A model generated the notes under the pieces. It did not search any database. It was given only the letters and a program-made list of their open reading frames with translations, and was not told where the DNA came from. Below, piece after piece: positions 24,910 to 36,500 of a stretch of DNA of 64,000 nt (position 1 is its first letter; every line of letters begins with the position of its first letter). This stretch comes from Anaeramoeba ignava BMAN. Its lineage: Eukaryota; Protista; Anaeramoebae. The stretch is from contig JAPDFW010000055.1 of the NCBI GenBank assembly GCA_028826165.1, positions 248,001-312,000 of the forward strand, written 5' to 3'. The translations under genes and the position numbers were made by a program.

Positions 24910-27680
24910 AAAATGGAATAAAACAAATTCCAACAAAAATAATTTTATATTTATTTATTAATTTAAAAAAATGGAATAAAATTAAATTTATATTTATTTA
25001 TTAATTTAAAAAAATGGAATAAAATTAAATTTATATTTATTTATTAATTTAAAAAAGTGGAATAGAATTAAATTTATATTAATTTATTAATTTAAAAAAA
25101 AATGGAATAAAATTAATTTTATATTAATTTATTAATTTAAAAAAAAATAGAATAAAATTAAATTTATATTTATTTATTAATTTAAAAAAAAATAGAATAA
25201 AATTAAATTTATATTTATTTATTAATTTAAAAAGTGGAATAGAATTAAATTTATATTTATTTATTTAAAAAGTGAAATAAAATTAAATTTATTTTAATTT
25301 ATTAATTTAAAAAAAAATGGAATAGAATTAAATTTATATTTATTTATAAATTTAAAAAAAATGGAATAGAATTAATTTTATATTTATTTATTAATTTAAA
25401 AAAAAGTGGAATAGAATTAAATTTATTTATATTTATTAATTTAAAAAAAAGTGGAATAGAATTAAATTTATATTTATTTATTAATTTAAAACAAAATGGA
25501 ATAGAATTAATTTTATTTTTATTTATTAATTTAAAAAAAAAGTGGAATAGAATTAAATTTATTTATATTTATTAATTTAAAAAGTGGAATAAAATTAAAT
25601 TTATATTTATTTATAAATTTAAAAATGGAATAGAATTAAATTTATTTTTATTTATAAATTTAAAAATGGAATAAAATTAAAATTATTTTTATTTATTAAA
25701 AAAAAATGGAATAAAATTAAATTTATATTTATTAATTTAAAAAGTGGAATAGAATTAAATTTATTTTTATTTATTAATTTAAAAAAAAGTGGAATAAAAT
25801 TAAATTTATATTAATTTATTAATTAAAAAAATGGAATAAAATTAAATTTATATTTATTTATTAATTTAAAAAGTGGAATAAAATTAAATTTATTTTTATT
25901 TATTAATTTAAAAAGTGGAATAAAATTAAATTTATATTTATTTATTAATTTAAAAAAAATGGAATAGAATTAAATTTATATTTATTTATAAATTTAAAAA
26001 TGGAATAGAATTAAATTTATTTATATTTATTAATTTAAAAAAAATGGAATAGAATTAAATTTATTTTTATTTATTAATTTAAAAAAAATGGAATAAAATT
26101 AATTTTATATTAATTTATTAATCTAAAAATGGAATAGAATTAAATTTATATTTATTTATTAATTTAAAAAAAAATAGAATAAAATTAAATTTATATTTAT
26201 TTATTAATTTAAAAAGTGGAATAGAATTAAATTTATATTTATTTATTTAAAAAGTGAAATAAAATTAAATTTATTTTAATTTATTAATTTAAAAAAAATG
26301 GAATAAAATTAAATTTATTTTTATTTATTAATTTAAAAAAAATGGAATAAAATTAAATTTATTTATATTTATTAATTTAAAACAAAATGGAATAAAATTA
26401 AATTTATATTTATTTATTAATTTAAAAAAAAATGGAATAGAATTAAATTTATATTTATTTATTAATTAAAAAAAATGGAATAGAATTAATTTTATTTTTA
26501 TTTATAAATTTAAAAAAAATGGAATAAAATTAAATTTATTTATATTTATAAATTTAAAAAAAATGGAATAAAATTAAATTTTTATTTTTATTTATTAATT
26601 TAAAACAATGGAATAGAATTAAATTTATTTTTATTAATTTAAAAAAAATGGAATAGAATTAAATTTATTTTAATTTATTAATTTAAAAAAAAAATGGAAT
26701 AGAATTAAATTTATTTTTATTTATTAATTTAAAAAAAAATGGAATAGAATTAAATTTATATTTATTTATAAATTTAAAAAAAAGTGGAATAAAATTAAAT
26801 TTATATTTATTTATAAATTTAAAAAAAATGGAATAGAATTAATTTTATTTTTATTTATTAATTTAAAAAAAATGGAATAAAATTAAATTTATATTTTTAT
26901 TTATTAATTTAAAAATGGAATAGAATTAAATTTATTTTTATTTATTAATTTAAAAAAAATGGAATAAAATTAAATTTATATTTATTAATTTAAAAAAATA
27001 GAATAAAATTAAATTTATTTTTATTTATTAATTTAAAAAAAATGGAATAAAATTAAATTTATTTATATTTATAAATTTAAAAAAAAGTGGAATAGAATTA
27101 AATTTATATTTATTAATTTAAAAATGGAATAGAATTAAATTTATATTTATTTATTAATTTAAAAATGGAATAGAATTAAATTTATATTTATTTATTAATT
27201 TAAAAATGGAATAGAATTAAATTTATATTTATTTATTAATTTAAAAAGATGGAATAAAATTAAATTTATATATATTTATTAATTTAAAAAGTGGAATAGA
27301 ATTAAATTTATATTTATTTATTAATTTAAAAAAAATGGAATAGAATTGTATTTATTTATTTATTAATTTAAAAAAAAATGGAATAAAATTAAATTTATAT
27401 TTATTTATAAATTTAAAAAAAAATGGAATAGAATTAAATTTATATTTATTAATTTAAAAAAATGGAATAAAATTAAATTTATATTTATTAATTTAAAAAA
27501 GTGGAATAAAATTAAATTTATATTTATTTATTAATTTAAAAAAATGGAATAAAATTAAATTTATATTTATTTATAAATTTAAAAAAATGGAATAGAATTA
27601 AATTTATATTTATTAATTTAAAAAAAAATGGAATAAAATAATTTTATTTTTATTTATTAATTTAAAAAAAAGTGGAATAA
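24910..27680. repeat. ~43-45-bp intergenic satellite (TGGAATARAATTAAATTTATATTTATTTATTAATTT-An), about 60 copies
   Basis: TGGAAT anchors at 24972, 25015, 25058, 25103 and onward. Confidence 0.93.
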
Positions 27681-28094
27681 AAAAGAGAATAAAATTATTT
27701 TTGTTTTTAGTTTTGATTTTTTTTATTCTGCTAATTTAACTCTTTATTTCACAAACTGAAATACTTTTTGTTAAAAAGAAAAAAGAAAAAGAAAAAGAAA
27801 AAAGAAAAAGAAAAAAGAAAAAAGAAAAAGATGGTTCTTTGGTAATTAAACTTGAGAAACGATTTGGATTAAACAAAGTAAAGCAATATCAAGAAATTTG
27901 GATTTTAAGATATTAAATTAAATTAAATTAAAATAAAAGGAAATTGTAATTGATTGGGAATGTTTTGTGAATTAAACTTAAGTTGATTTGTGAATTGGAA
28001 TTAAGTTTCGAATTATAAAAGCGAAAAAGTCAAAAAGAAAAAGAAAAAAAGAAAAAAGGAAAAAAAGTAAAAAAAAAATTTTTTTGTAAATTGT

Positions 28095-28577
28095 TTATCG
28101 TTCATTTTGTTCAATTTGATCTTCAGCTTTTCTTTTAGATCGATTTCGAGAAGTTTTTTCAGGATTCAAAAACTGGAAATTAAGTAACCAATCACACAAT
28201 TCGTTTGTGGATTGACCCTTCTTAATGATTTCTTCATCAGTATAAGGAAAAGCGCGATATTTTGAAGGATGTTTTGATTTGGAAAGATGAGTATGAAGAT
28301 TTGTTTTGACATATAAATATATAATAACTCCAAAAGAAGGATTTTTTCGATTGATTTTCTCTTTAGGATTTAAAGGTTGCATTAAAAACTCTCTTAAAAT
28401 TTCTTCTTTTGATAAATTCTCTTCATTCTTTGTTTTTTCCTCAATTTCTTCTTCTTCTTTTGTTTCTTCTGTCGGTTTTTCTTTTTTGGTGTTTTTCTTT
28501 GTTTCTTCTGGATCTTCATTTTGGAAAATCCATTCTGAATAAGAAGTAAATCCTTTATTTCTAAGTAAAGGATACAT
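28095..28577 (-). CDS. hypothetical protein (possibly the last exon of a longer gene)
   Basis: 160-aa ORF with host-like codon use; a possible TTTACAG acceptor at about 28587 is in frame upstream. No family recognised. Confidence 0.55.
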   Translation of the reverse strand: MYPLLRNKGFTSYSEWIFQNEDPEETKKNTKKEKPTEETKEEEEIEEKTKNEENLSKEEILREFLMQPLNPKEKINRKNPSFGVIIYLYVKTNLHTHLSKSKHPSKYRAFPYTDEEIIKKGQSTNELCDWLLNFQFLNPEKTSRNRSKRKAEDQIEQNER

Positions 28578-28884
28578 TTCATCAAACTGTAAAAATAAAC
28601 AATTTGTAAATGAAAAAAACTTTAATAATAAAAGAAAAAATGATTCAGGTCTTATTTCTTTTTCAATTTATAAATTCTTTTTTTTTTTGTTTTGTTTATT
28701 AAAAAAAAATTTTTTTTTATTTTGGAAAAAGGAGAAAAAATCTTTTTTTATCTTTATCAAAATCAAATCTTTTTAATTTTAGATTTAGTTTTTGAATATA
28801 AATTAAAATTTAAATAAAATCTTGTTCTTAATTCCAATAGAAAGGTTTCGAAAATTTTCAAGAATTATTTCCCTTTTTTTTTAA

Positions 28885-30125
28885 TTATAAAATTAAATAA
28901 ATTATATTAATATTATAATTATAAATTAACTATAAATTATATTTTAGATAATTTCCTTTATTTTAATTAAATAAATCTAATTAAAATTATTTAAATAAAA
29001 TTAATAAAATATTTTATTAAATTTATAATAATAAAATTAAATAAATTTTATTAATATTATAATTATAAAATTAACTATAAATTATATTTTAAATAATTTC
29101 CTTTATTTTAATTAAAATAAATCTAATTAAAATTATTTAAATAAAATTAATAAAATATTTTATTAAATTTTTAATAATAAAATTAAATAAATTATATTAA
29201 TATTATAATTATAAATTAACTATAAATTATATTTTAAATAATTTCCTTTATTTTAATTAAATAAATCTTATTAAAATTATTTAAATAAAATTAATAAAAT
29301 AATTTTATTAAATTTATAATAATAAAATTAAATAAAATTTATTAATATTATAATTATAAAATTAACTATAAATTATATTTTAAATAATTTTATTTATTTT
29401 AATTAAATAAATCTTATTAAAATTATTTAAATAAAATTAATAAAATATTTAATTAAATTTATAATTATAAAATTAAATAAATTTTTATTAATATTATAAT
29501 TATAAAATTAAAAATAAATTATATTTTAAATAATTTTCTTTTATTTTAATTAAATAAATCTAATTAAAATTATTTAAATAAAATTAATAAAATATTTTAT
29601 TAAATTTTTAATAATAAAATTAAATAAATTATATTAATATTATAATTATAAAATTAAAAATAAATTATATTTTAAACAATTTTCTTTTATTTTAATTAAA
29701 TAAATCTAATTAAAATTATTTAAATAAAATTAAATAAATTATATTAAATTTATGATAATAAAATTAAATAAATTATATTAATATTATAATTATAAATTTA
29801 AAAATAAATTATATTTTAAATAATTTTTCTTTATTTTAATTAAATAAATCTAATTAAAATTATTTAAATAAAATTAATAAAATATTTTATTAAATTTTTG
29901 ATAATAAAATTAAATAAATTTTATTAATATTATAATTATAAAATTAAAAATAAATTATATTTTAAACAATTTTCTTTATTTTAATTAAATAAATCTAATT
30001 AAAATTATTTAAATAAAATTAATAAAATATTTTATTAAATTTTTAATTATAAAATTAAATAAAATTTATTAACATTATAATTATAAATTAATTATAAATT
30101 ATATTTTAAATAATTTTATTACTTA
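28885..30125. repeat. ~145-bp almost pure A/T tandem repeat, about 8.5 copies
   Basis: Equivalent positions at about 28951, 29096, 29241, 29387, 29533, 29679, 29823, 29969 and 30113. Confidence 0.9.
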
Positions 30126-30185
30126 ATTAAAGAAATCCAAAAAAAATTTCTTTCATTTTTCTTCTTCTTTTCTTTATTAAGAAAA

Positions 30186-33100
30186 ATGTATGATTATAAT
30201 TGGTCTGGTCCAAAAGATATTTATGAAGCAATCCAACGAAGGAACAAAGAATTTATTCAAGAATATGTGAAATCTCATAAAAAACCACTAAATTTAGATA
30301 TTTTAAGAACAGCATTAAAAGAAAAACTTGAAAAAAATCTCATCATCTCACTGACAAAAAAAGGAGTCATTATGGAAGAACAAAAAAAAGATGAAATACC
30401 ACTTTTATATCTTGCTTGCGAAAAGAATCTTGATGTCGATATCATTCGACTTTTGCTTGATTTGGGCTTCGATCCAAATGAGAAATCCATTTATACAAAA
30501 CAAACCCCACTACATCTTTCATGCGAAAACAAGAATTCACTCTCAACAATTCAGCTCTTAGTTGAACGCGGCGCACAGACAAATAAAGTCGATTTGAAGG
30601 AATATATCCCTCTTTTTTACGCTCTTGAGAACTCAGATCTAAATGTGATTAAGTTTCTCTTGCAAAATTCGGATTTTTCTTCTTATAAAAAACCTAAGAA
30701 TATGAATTTTCTCCATTTTGTCTTGTGCAAACCCGACGCACGCTTAGATGTAGTTGAGTATCTTCTATCTTATGGAGTCAATCCTAATGAACAGGATTTA
30801 GACCTCAGAACTCCTTTGCATTATGCGTGTGCCAATAAATGCCAAACCTCGATTTTGGATTTATTGATAAAAAAAAGTGAAAATTTCCCAAAAATATCCT
30901 TAAAAACTTTTGGAAATATTGATCATCAAAAAAATTTGGAATCCACGGAAAATATCCATCAACAAGACACACCAATCAAAATAGTTAATGTTTTGGATAT
31001 CCACAAACAAACCCCTCTTCATGAACTATGCGTACTTAACTACACAGAAGATCGAATAAATGTCTTGTTAAAGGCAGGAGCTGACCCCAATATCCAAAAC
31101 CCAAAAGGAAAAACACCTTTCCACTTGATTTGCGAACTTAATCCAAGTCTTAATCTTGTTAAAATGTTTCTCGAAAGTGGCGCATCTGTAGACATTCAGG
31201 ATCTAGAAGGCAAAACTCCGCTTTATGCGGCAATAGAACAAGACGCAACTTATGATGTTATTTACGAACTCATTTCCAAAGCATCAAACTTCGAGATTAG
31301 TGACAAAACCACAAACGTCACTTTGCTTCATCTCGCATTTAAGAAATCATTAGATTTGGAGTTGATCAAGATAATACTTGAAAGAGGAGCCAAAATAAAT
31401 GCTCAAGATTCATCGAAGAAAACCCCACTTCATTACTGCACCGAAAAGAATAAAAGACAAGAAATTGGGAAAATCTTATTGGAAATTCAAAAAGAAAAAT
31501 TAAATTCTGGAAATCTTGACGATAACACGACATCCTTGAACTTGTTCTGTGAGTTCTCAACAGATGCAGAAACAATCAAAACACTGATCAATAAAGGAGC
31601 GGATCCCTTAGCATCTGATAGCGAAGGCCAAACCCCACTTCATTTTGCTTGCATAAATCATCCTACTTTTGAGGTTGTTGATATTCTTCTCCGAGCAGGT
31701 GCTGATCCTAAATCAAAGAATCGGCGCAGACAACTTCCTTTACATTTGGCTCTCGAGGCCAAAGCTGAACAAAACGTTCTTGAAATGCTTATTAAATTTC
31801 TTGGAAGTAAAGAAATCCTCAGCCTTGATTTCAAGAAACAAACCCCGTTGGAAATTGCCTTAAGAAAAAAATACTCATTTTCAACAATAAAGTTTCTTAT
31901 TGAAAACGGCGCAATGAAAGAGAATAAAAGTGGACGAGGTGGACAAACACCTTTACATATTGCTTTTTTGCCCCCTATTGATTCGAAAGTCGTCAAATTA
32001 CTTTTGGACAACGGAGCTGATCCCGATAAGCCAAATATTCTTGGGAAAACACCCTTAGTATTGGCAATCATGAACAATGCAAGCCAAGAAGTTCTGGATC
32101 TTGTTGTGACTCAAAAAAATTTCGATTTTCCAGCAAAATCAGGAAAAACTCCATTATTTTTTGCCAGTTCAGCTAACAACATTGAAATGATGCAGCTTCT
32201 TATTAAAAAAGGTGCACAAATCCAAGTTCATGATAAAAAGAGGAAATCTATCCTTCATTACGCAATTCTTAAAGGAGCAAATGTTGAGGTTATTCAACTC
32301 TTATTGGATCACAATGCAGATCCGAACGAAATTTTAGACAATAACACGACATGTCTTGATTTGTGTTTTCTTGGAAAAGAAAGTCCTTCTCCAGTTGTAG
32401 AACTCCTTCTGAAAATTTGCAAATTTGATTCCTCTGTTCAGAATCCGTTTGAAAAAGCCTTTTCGCTTGCTTTATCTCACGATGCCTCTTTCCCAAGCTT
32501 GCTTCTTCTTGCTGAGACAGGTATTGATCTCACAACATTCAAAATGGAAAGACTTTCATTTTTAGACTCCGTTTATATTATGAAAAACATAAACCAAATA
32601 AGGCTTGCTCTTTCTTTCGATTTAAATTTGAGTATAGATTTTTTTTATGAAAACGAAAAAATGCTCATTTGCAAGGATTTCTATTCGATCATGAATGACT
32701 TCGAACGCATTTTGGAAAGTGGAGATTTGTCTGATTTCAACATTGTATTATCCGATGGATCTATTCCTGTTCATAAGTTCATTTTACAAAACCGCATTTG
32801 TCTTCCTAATGAAAAAATTGCATTTGAAAAAGCTCTTGACATTTTCCATTCTGGATTGTGCGATTTTCAAATGAGTGAGGTCAAACCCTTTTTAAGGTTT
32901 GTTTATTCTGGATATATCGACCATAAAGATAAAAAATACGAGCAAAACATCCTGAAAATTGGATCACTTTTTAACCTCGAACATGAATGGTTTAATGAAA
33001 AAAAAGGAAGACGTGGATTGCTTAAAGATCTGAAAAGACTTTGGTTTGATGATAAAAGTAAAGACTTCGCTGTGATTGTTGGTGATGAAAATGTTAAATT

Positions 33101-33362
33101 GCATAAGTTGATTTTGGCAATAAGATCAGAACTTTTTAGAGGTCTTTTTTTATCTGTTGATGATCCTTCAAATAAAGTTAGCGAATATTCAGGAAGATCT
33201 CCTCAAACAATCAAACAACTGCTTAAATTTTTTTATTTTGATGAACTTGATTTTGTTATTTCAAGTGTTGTTGCTTCTGAATTGGATGAAGCAGCTGATT
33301 TCTATCAAACAAACGAAAAAACTTTAACTTGGAAAATTTTATATAATGCAAAATATCTTTAA
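30186..33362 (+). CDS. intronless ankyrin-repeat protein with two C-terminal BTB/POZ domains
   Basis: Many TPLHxAC...LLxxGADPN ankyrin units; BTB motifs SDFNIV...VHKFILQNR and KDFAVIV...LHKLILAIRSELFR. Confidence 0.93.
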   Translation: MYDYNWSGPKDIYEAIQRRNKEFIQEYVKSHKKPLNLDILRTALKEKLEKNLIISLTKKGVIMEEQKKDEIPLLYLACEKNLDVDIIRLLLDLGFDPNEKSIYTKQTPLHLSCENKNSLSTIQLLVERGAQTNKVDLKEYIPLFYALENSDLNVIKFLLQNSDFSSYKKPKNMNFLHFVLCKPDARLDVVEYLLSYGVNPNEQDLDLRTPLHYACANKCQTSILDLLIKKSENFPKISLKTFGNIDHQKNLESTENIHQQDTPIKIVNVLDIHKQTPLHELCVLNYTEDRINVLLKAGADPNIQNPKGKTPFHLICELNPSLNLVKMFLESGASVDIQDLEGKTPLYAAIEQDATYDVIYELISKASNFEISDKTTNVTLLHLAFKKSLDLELIKIILERGAKINAQDSSKKTPLHYCTEKNKRQEIGKILLEIQKEKLNSGNLDDNTTSLNLFCEFSTDAETIKTLINKGADPLASDSEGQTPLHFACINHPTFEVVDILLRAGADPKSKNRRRQLPLHLALEAKAEQNVLEMLIKFLGSKEILSLDFKKQTPLEIALRKKYSFSTIKFLIENGAMKENKSGRGGQTPLHIAFLPPIDSKVVKLLLDNGADPDKPNILGKTPLVLAIMNNASQEVLDLVVTQKNFDFPAKSGKTPLFFASSANNIEMMQLLIKKGAQIQVHDKKRKSILHYAILKGANVEVIQLLLDHNADPNEILDNNTTCLDLCFLGKESPSPVVELLLKICKFDSSVQNPFEKAFSLALSHDASFPSLLLLAETGIDLTTFKMERLSFLDSVYIMKNINQIRLALSFDLNLSIDFFYENEKMLICKDFYSIMNDFERILESGDLSDFNIVLSDGSIPVHKFILQNRICLPNEKIAFEKALDIFHSGLCDFQMSEVKPFLRFVYSGYIDHKDKKYEQNILKIGSLFNLEHEWFNEKKGRRGLLKDLKRLWFDDKSKDFAVIVGDENVKLHKLILAIRSELFRGLFLSVDDPSNKVSEYSGRSPQTIKQLLKFFYFDELDFVISSVVASELDEAADFYQTNEKTLTWKILYNAKYL

Positions 33363-33591
33363 TTAAAAAGAAGAACAGAAAATCTCAATTCAATAAAATA
33401 ATTCATTTCATTTTTCATCAATTGATTTTATTTATTATTATTGTTTTTTTTTTTTTGGAATCAAAGAAAAAAAAAAGATATTTTTTTTGTCGATTCAGTT
33501 AAAAAAAAAAATGGAACATTTCAAAATTGTGGTTTTTTTTTTTAGAAAAAGAAATTAAGATTCATTTTAATTCATTTTAATTCATTTTAAT

Positions 33592-36500
33592 TCATTTTAA
33601 TTCATTTGAATTTAATCCTTTTGGCTCTCTTTTTAGAGAAAGATCATACAATTCTTCTTCTTTCATTGGATTTAATTGTTCAAGAAATTTCTGTAATTGA
33701 GGAACAGATCTTAAATTATAAGGACGGAATTGGAAAGAAAGAATATCTTGAATAATTTGTGAAAGTTGATAAATTTTTTGCTTATTTAATTGTTGGTTTT
33801 CATTGAGAGTTTCTTCAGATTCATCTATAAAAATCAAATCAATAAGATGAGCAGATAAACAAGGAATAGCAGATTCAGGTGATAATTTTGCTTTATTAAT
33901 AGCTTCACGATAAATTTTGTATTCATTTTCACTACTCACTAATTGACTTAATTCTTCGAATTTTTGTGTAAGTGATTGATCCACTTTTTGCCTTGTATGA
34001 TGAAGTCTTGAAACTGCCAAGTTTTTGATTCCTGAAACTATTGATGAAAGTGTATTGAAATTGTTCAATTCTTGAAGGAAAATTCCAACCGAAATGAAAT
34101 GACTGTATGTCTTTGCTCTTGCTTCTATTGTTTCTTGTGAAATTATCGCAGATGCGACATATGCTGAAAATTCTTCGTTTTTGTTGATTATTTTGCGAAG
34201 GTTTTGTGCGAAATATCCATATTTGGGTTTGCACCAACTTTGCTTTAAAAATTCTGAAAATTGAACTTGATATAATCTTTCGTGTTCGATTAATGTTAAT
34301 TGTCGTGCTAATTCCTCTGGATCCAAATCTGTTAATGTGATTGAATCCCAGTTTATATTTTTTGGGATTTTAGGGCTTGGTTTTTTTTGGGTTTTTGTTT
34401 TCTTTAAATAATTTTTATCTGAGACCTCGAGCTATATTTTAATATTTATTTAAATATTTTAATATTTTAATATTTTAATATTTTTAATATTTTTATATTT
34501 TTATATTTATTTAAATATTTTAATATTTTAAATATTTTAATATTTTAATATTTTAATATTTTAATATTTTAATATTTTAAATATTTTAATATTTTAAATA
34601 TTTTAATATTTTTGTTTACATCAATTAATTCTACACTATCAGATAGGATCTTCATCCGAGTTTTTGCATCGGTTGTTGTTACAATGCAATTCTTTTTCTT
34701 CATTGAATTAATAATAACAACAAGCCCTTTCTCGACTAGAGAATTTGTGAGTTGATCAATTGCTTCTTGTTTAAGAACACCAATTTTAACTTTATCGGGA
34801 ATATCCGACTTAAAATGCAGATCAACAATATTAATAAGTATTTTCCTTCTAAAAATATCATATTGATATATTTTCTCTCTTGATTCTGTAATAAGCTTTT
34901 GTGCTGCTACTTGTCTTTCCTTGTTTTTTCGATACAACTTAATCATGCTTTTATTGGTTGCTTGATTTTTAGCCTCTTCTTCAATACTTGAATCTATTTG
35001 TTCAAGTGCAATGATTAATTGATCTCGAATTTCTTTTGAAATGGCTTCCTTTTCAGAATCCATAATATTATTTTGTTTATCATCATTTCCTATTGAAAAT
35101 GTCCGAAACAAAGAAGATTTCCTTCTTTCAATCTTGATCAAATCATTCTTTAGATTCTCTTTGTATTCTTGATCATCGCTTTGCTGTTCATTCTCTTGGG
35201 TTTGTTTGTGATCTTGAATATTCATTTTTCGTTCTTGTTCGAATTTGGCTTGATTTTGTTCAAGTTCTTGCAATATTTGATCAATTTTATTTTGTTGTTT
35301 AGTGTAAGTTTGTATTTCCTGTTTGGAATCGGGATCGATTCGTGAACTTGTATCTGTGCTTGTGTCAGAATCAGTGTCTTCATCTCCATCATCATCAGCA
35401 TCAAATTTTATATTAACATTTCTCCAATCTTTCGAAATGCTTTGCGTTTTTTCTACTTCTTTATTTGATGGAAATTCTAAATGTGTTGAAATTTTTTCTT
35501 TATTTAATTCCTCATTTGGTTTTTTATTTGTGTTGCTTTGGTTTTGCTGCTTCATTTTGTTGATTATGTCTCGAATGTTTGGTGGTGTGCTGTGTGATCT
35601 TGGGCTTTGCTCCTCTATATCTTTGTCATCTTTTTTAACTCTATTTCTAGTTCTTTCAATAATTTCTTGTATTGTCAGTTTTCTTGGTTGATCCTTTTTT
35701 TCTAATTGTTTTTGAATTTCTAATTGTTTTTGTTTTTCTAATTCTTTTTGAATTTCTAATTGTTTTTCTTTTTCTAATTGTTTTTCTTTTTCTAATTGTT
35801 TTTGAATTTCTAATTGTTTTTGAATTTCTAATTGTTTTTCTTTTTCTAATTCTTTTTGAATTTCTAATTGTTTTTGAATTTCTAATTCTTTTTGAATTTC
35901 TAATTGCTTTTGTATTTCTAATTGTTTTTGAATTTCTAATTGTTTTTGTTTTTCTAATTGTTTTTGTCTTTCTAATTGTTTTTGTTTTTCTAATTCTTTT
36001 TGTTTTTCTAATTGTTTTTGAATTTCTAATTGTTTTTGTTTTTCTAATTCTTTTTGAATTTCTAATTGTTTTTGAATTTCTAATTCTTTCTGTTTTTCTA
36101 ATTCTTTTTGAATTTCTAATTCTTTTTGTCTTTCTAATTCTTTTTGTTTTTCTAATTCTTTTTGTCTTTCTAATTCTTTTTGAATTTCTAATTCTTTTTG
36201 TCTTTCTAATTCTTTTTGTCTTTCTAATTCTTTTTGTTTTTCTAATTCTTTTTGAATTTGTAATTCTTTTTGAATTTCTAATTCTTTCTTTCTTTCTAAT
36301 TCTTTTTGTCTTTCTAATTCTTTTTGTCTTTCTAATTCTTTTTGAATTTCTAATTCTTTCTTTCTTTCTAATTCTTTTTGTCTTTCTAATTCTTTTTGTC
36401 TTTCTAATTCTTTTTGTATTTGTAATTGTCTTTGTCTTTCTAATTCTTTTTGAATTTGTAATTGTGTTTGGATTTTTCTTTGTTTTTCTAATTCTTTTTG

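Noticed and set aside
24910-27680. CRISPR-like array
   Set aside because: Units are contiguous with no unique spacers, there are no cas genes, and the context is eukaryotic.
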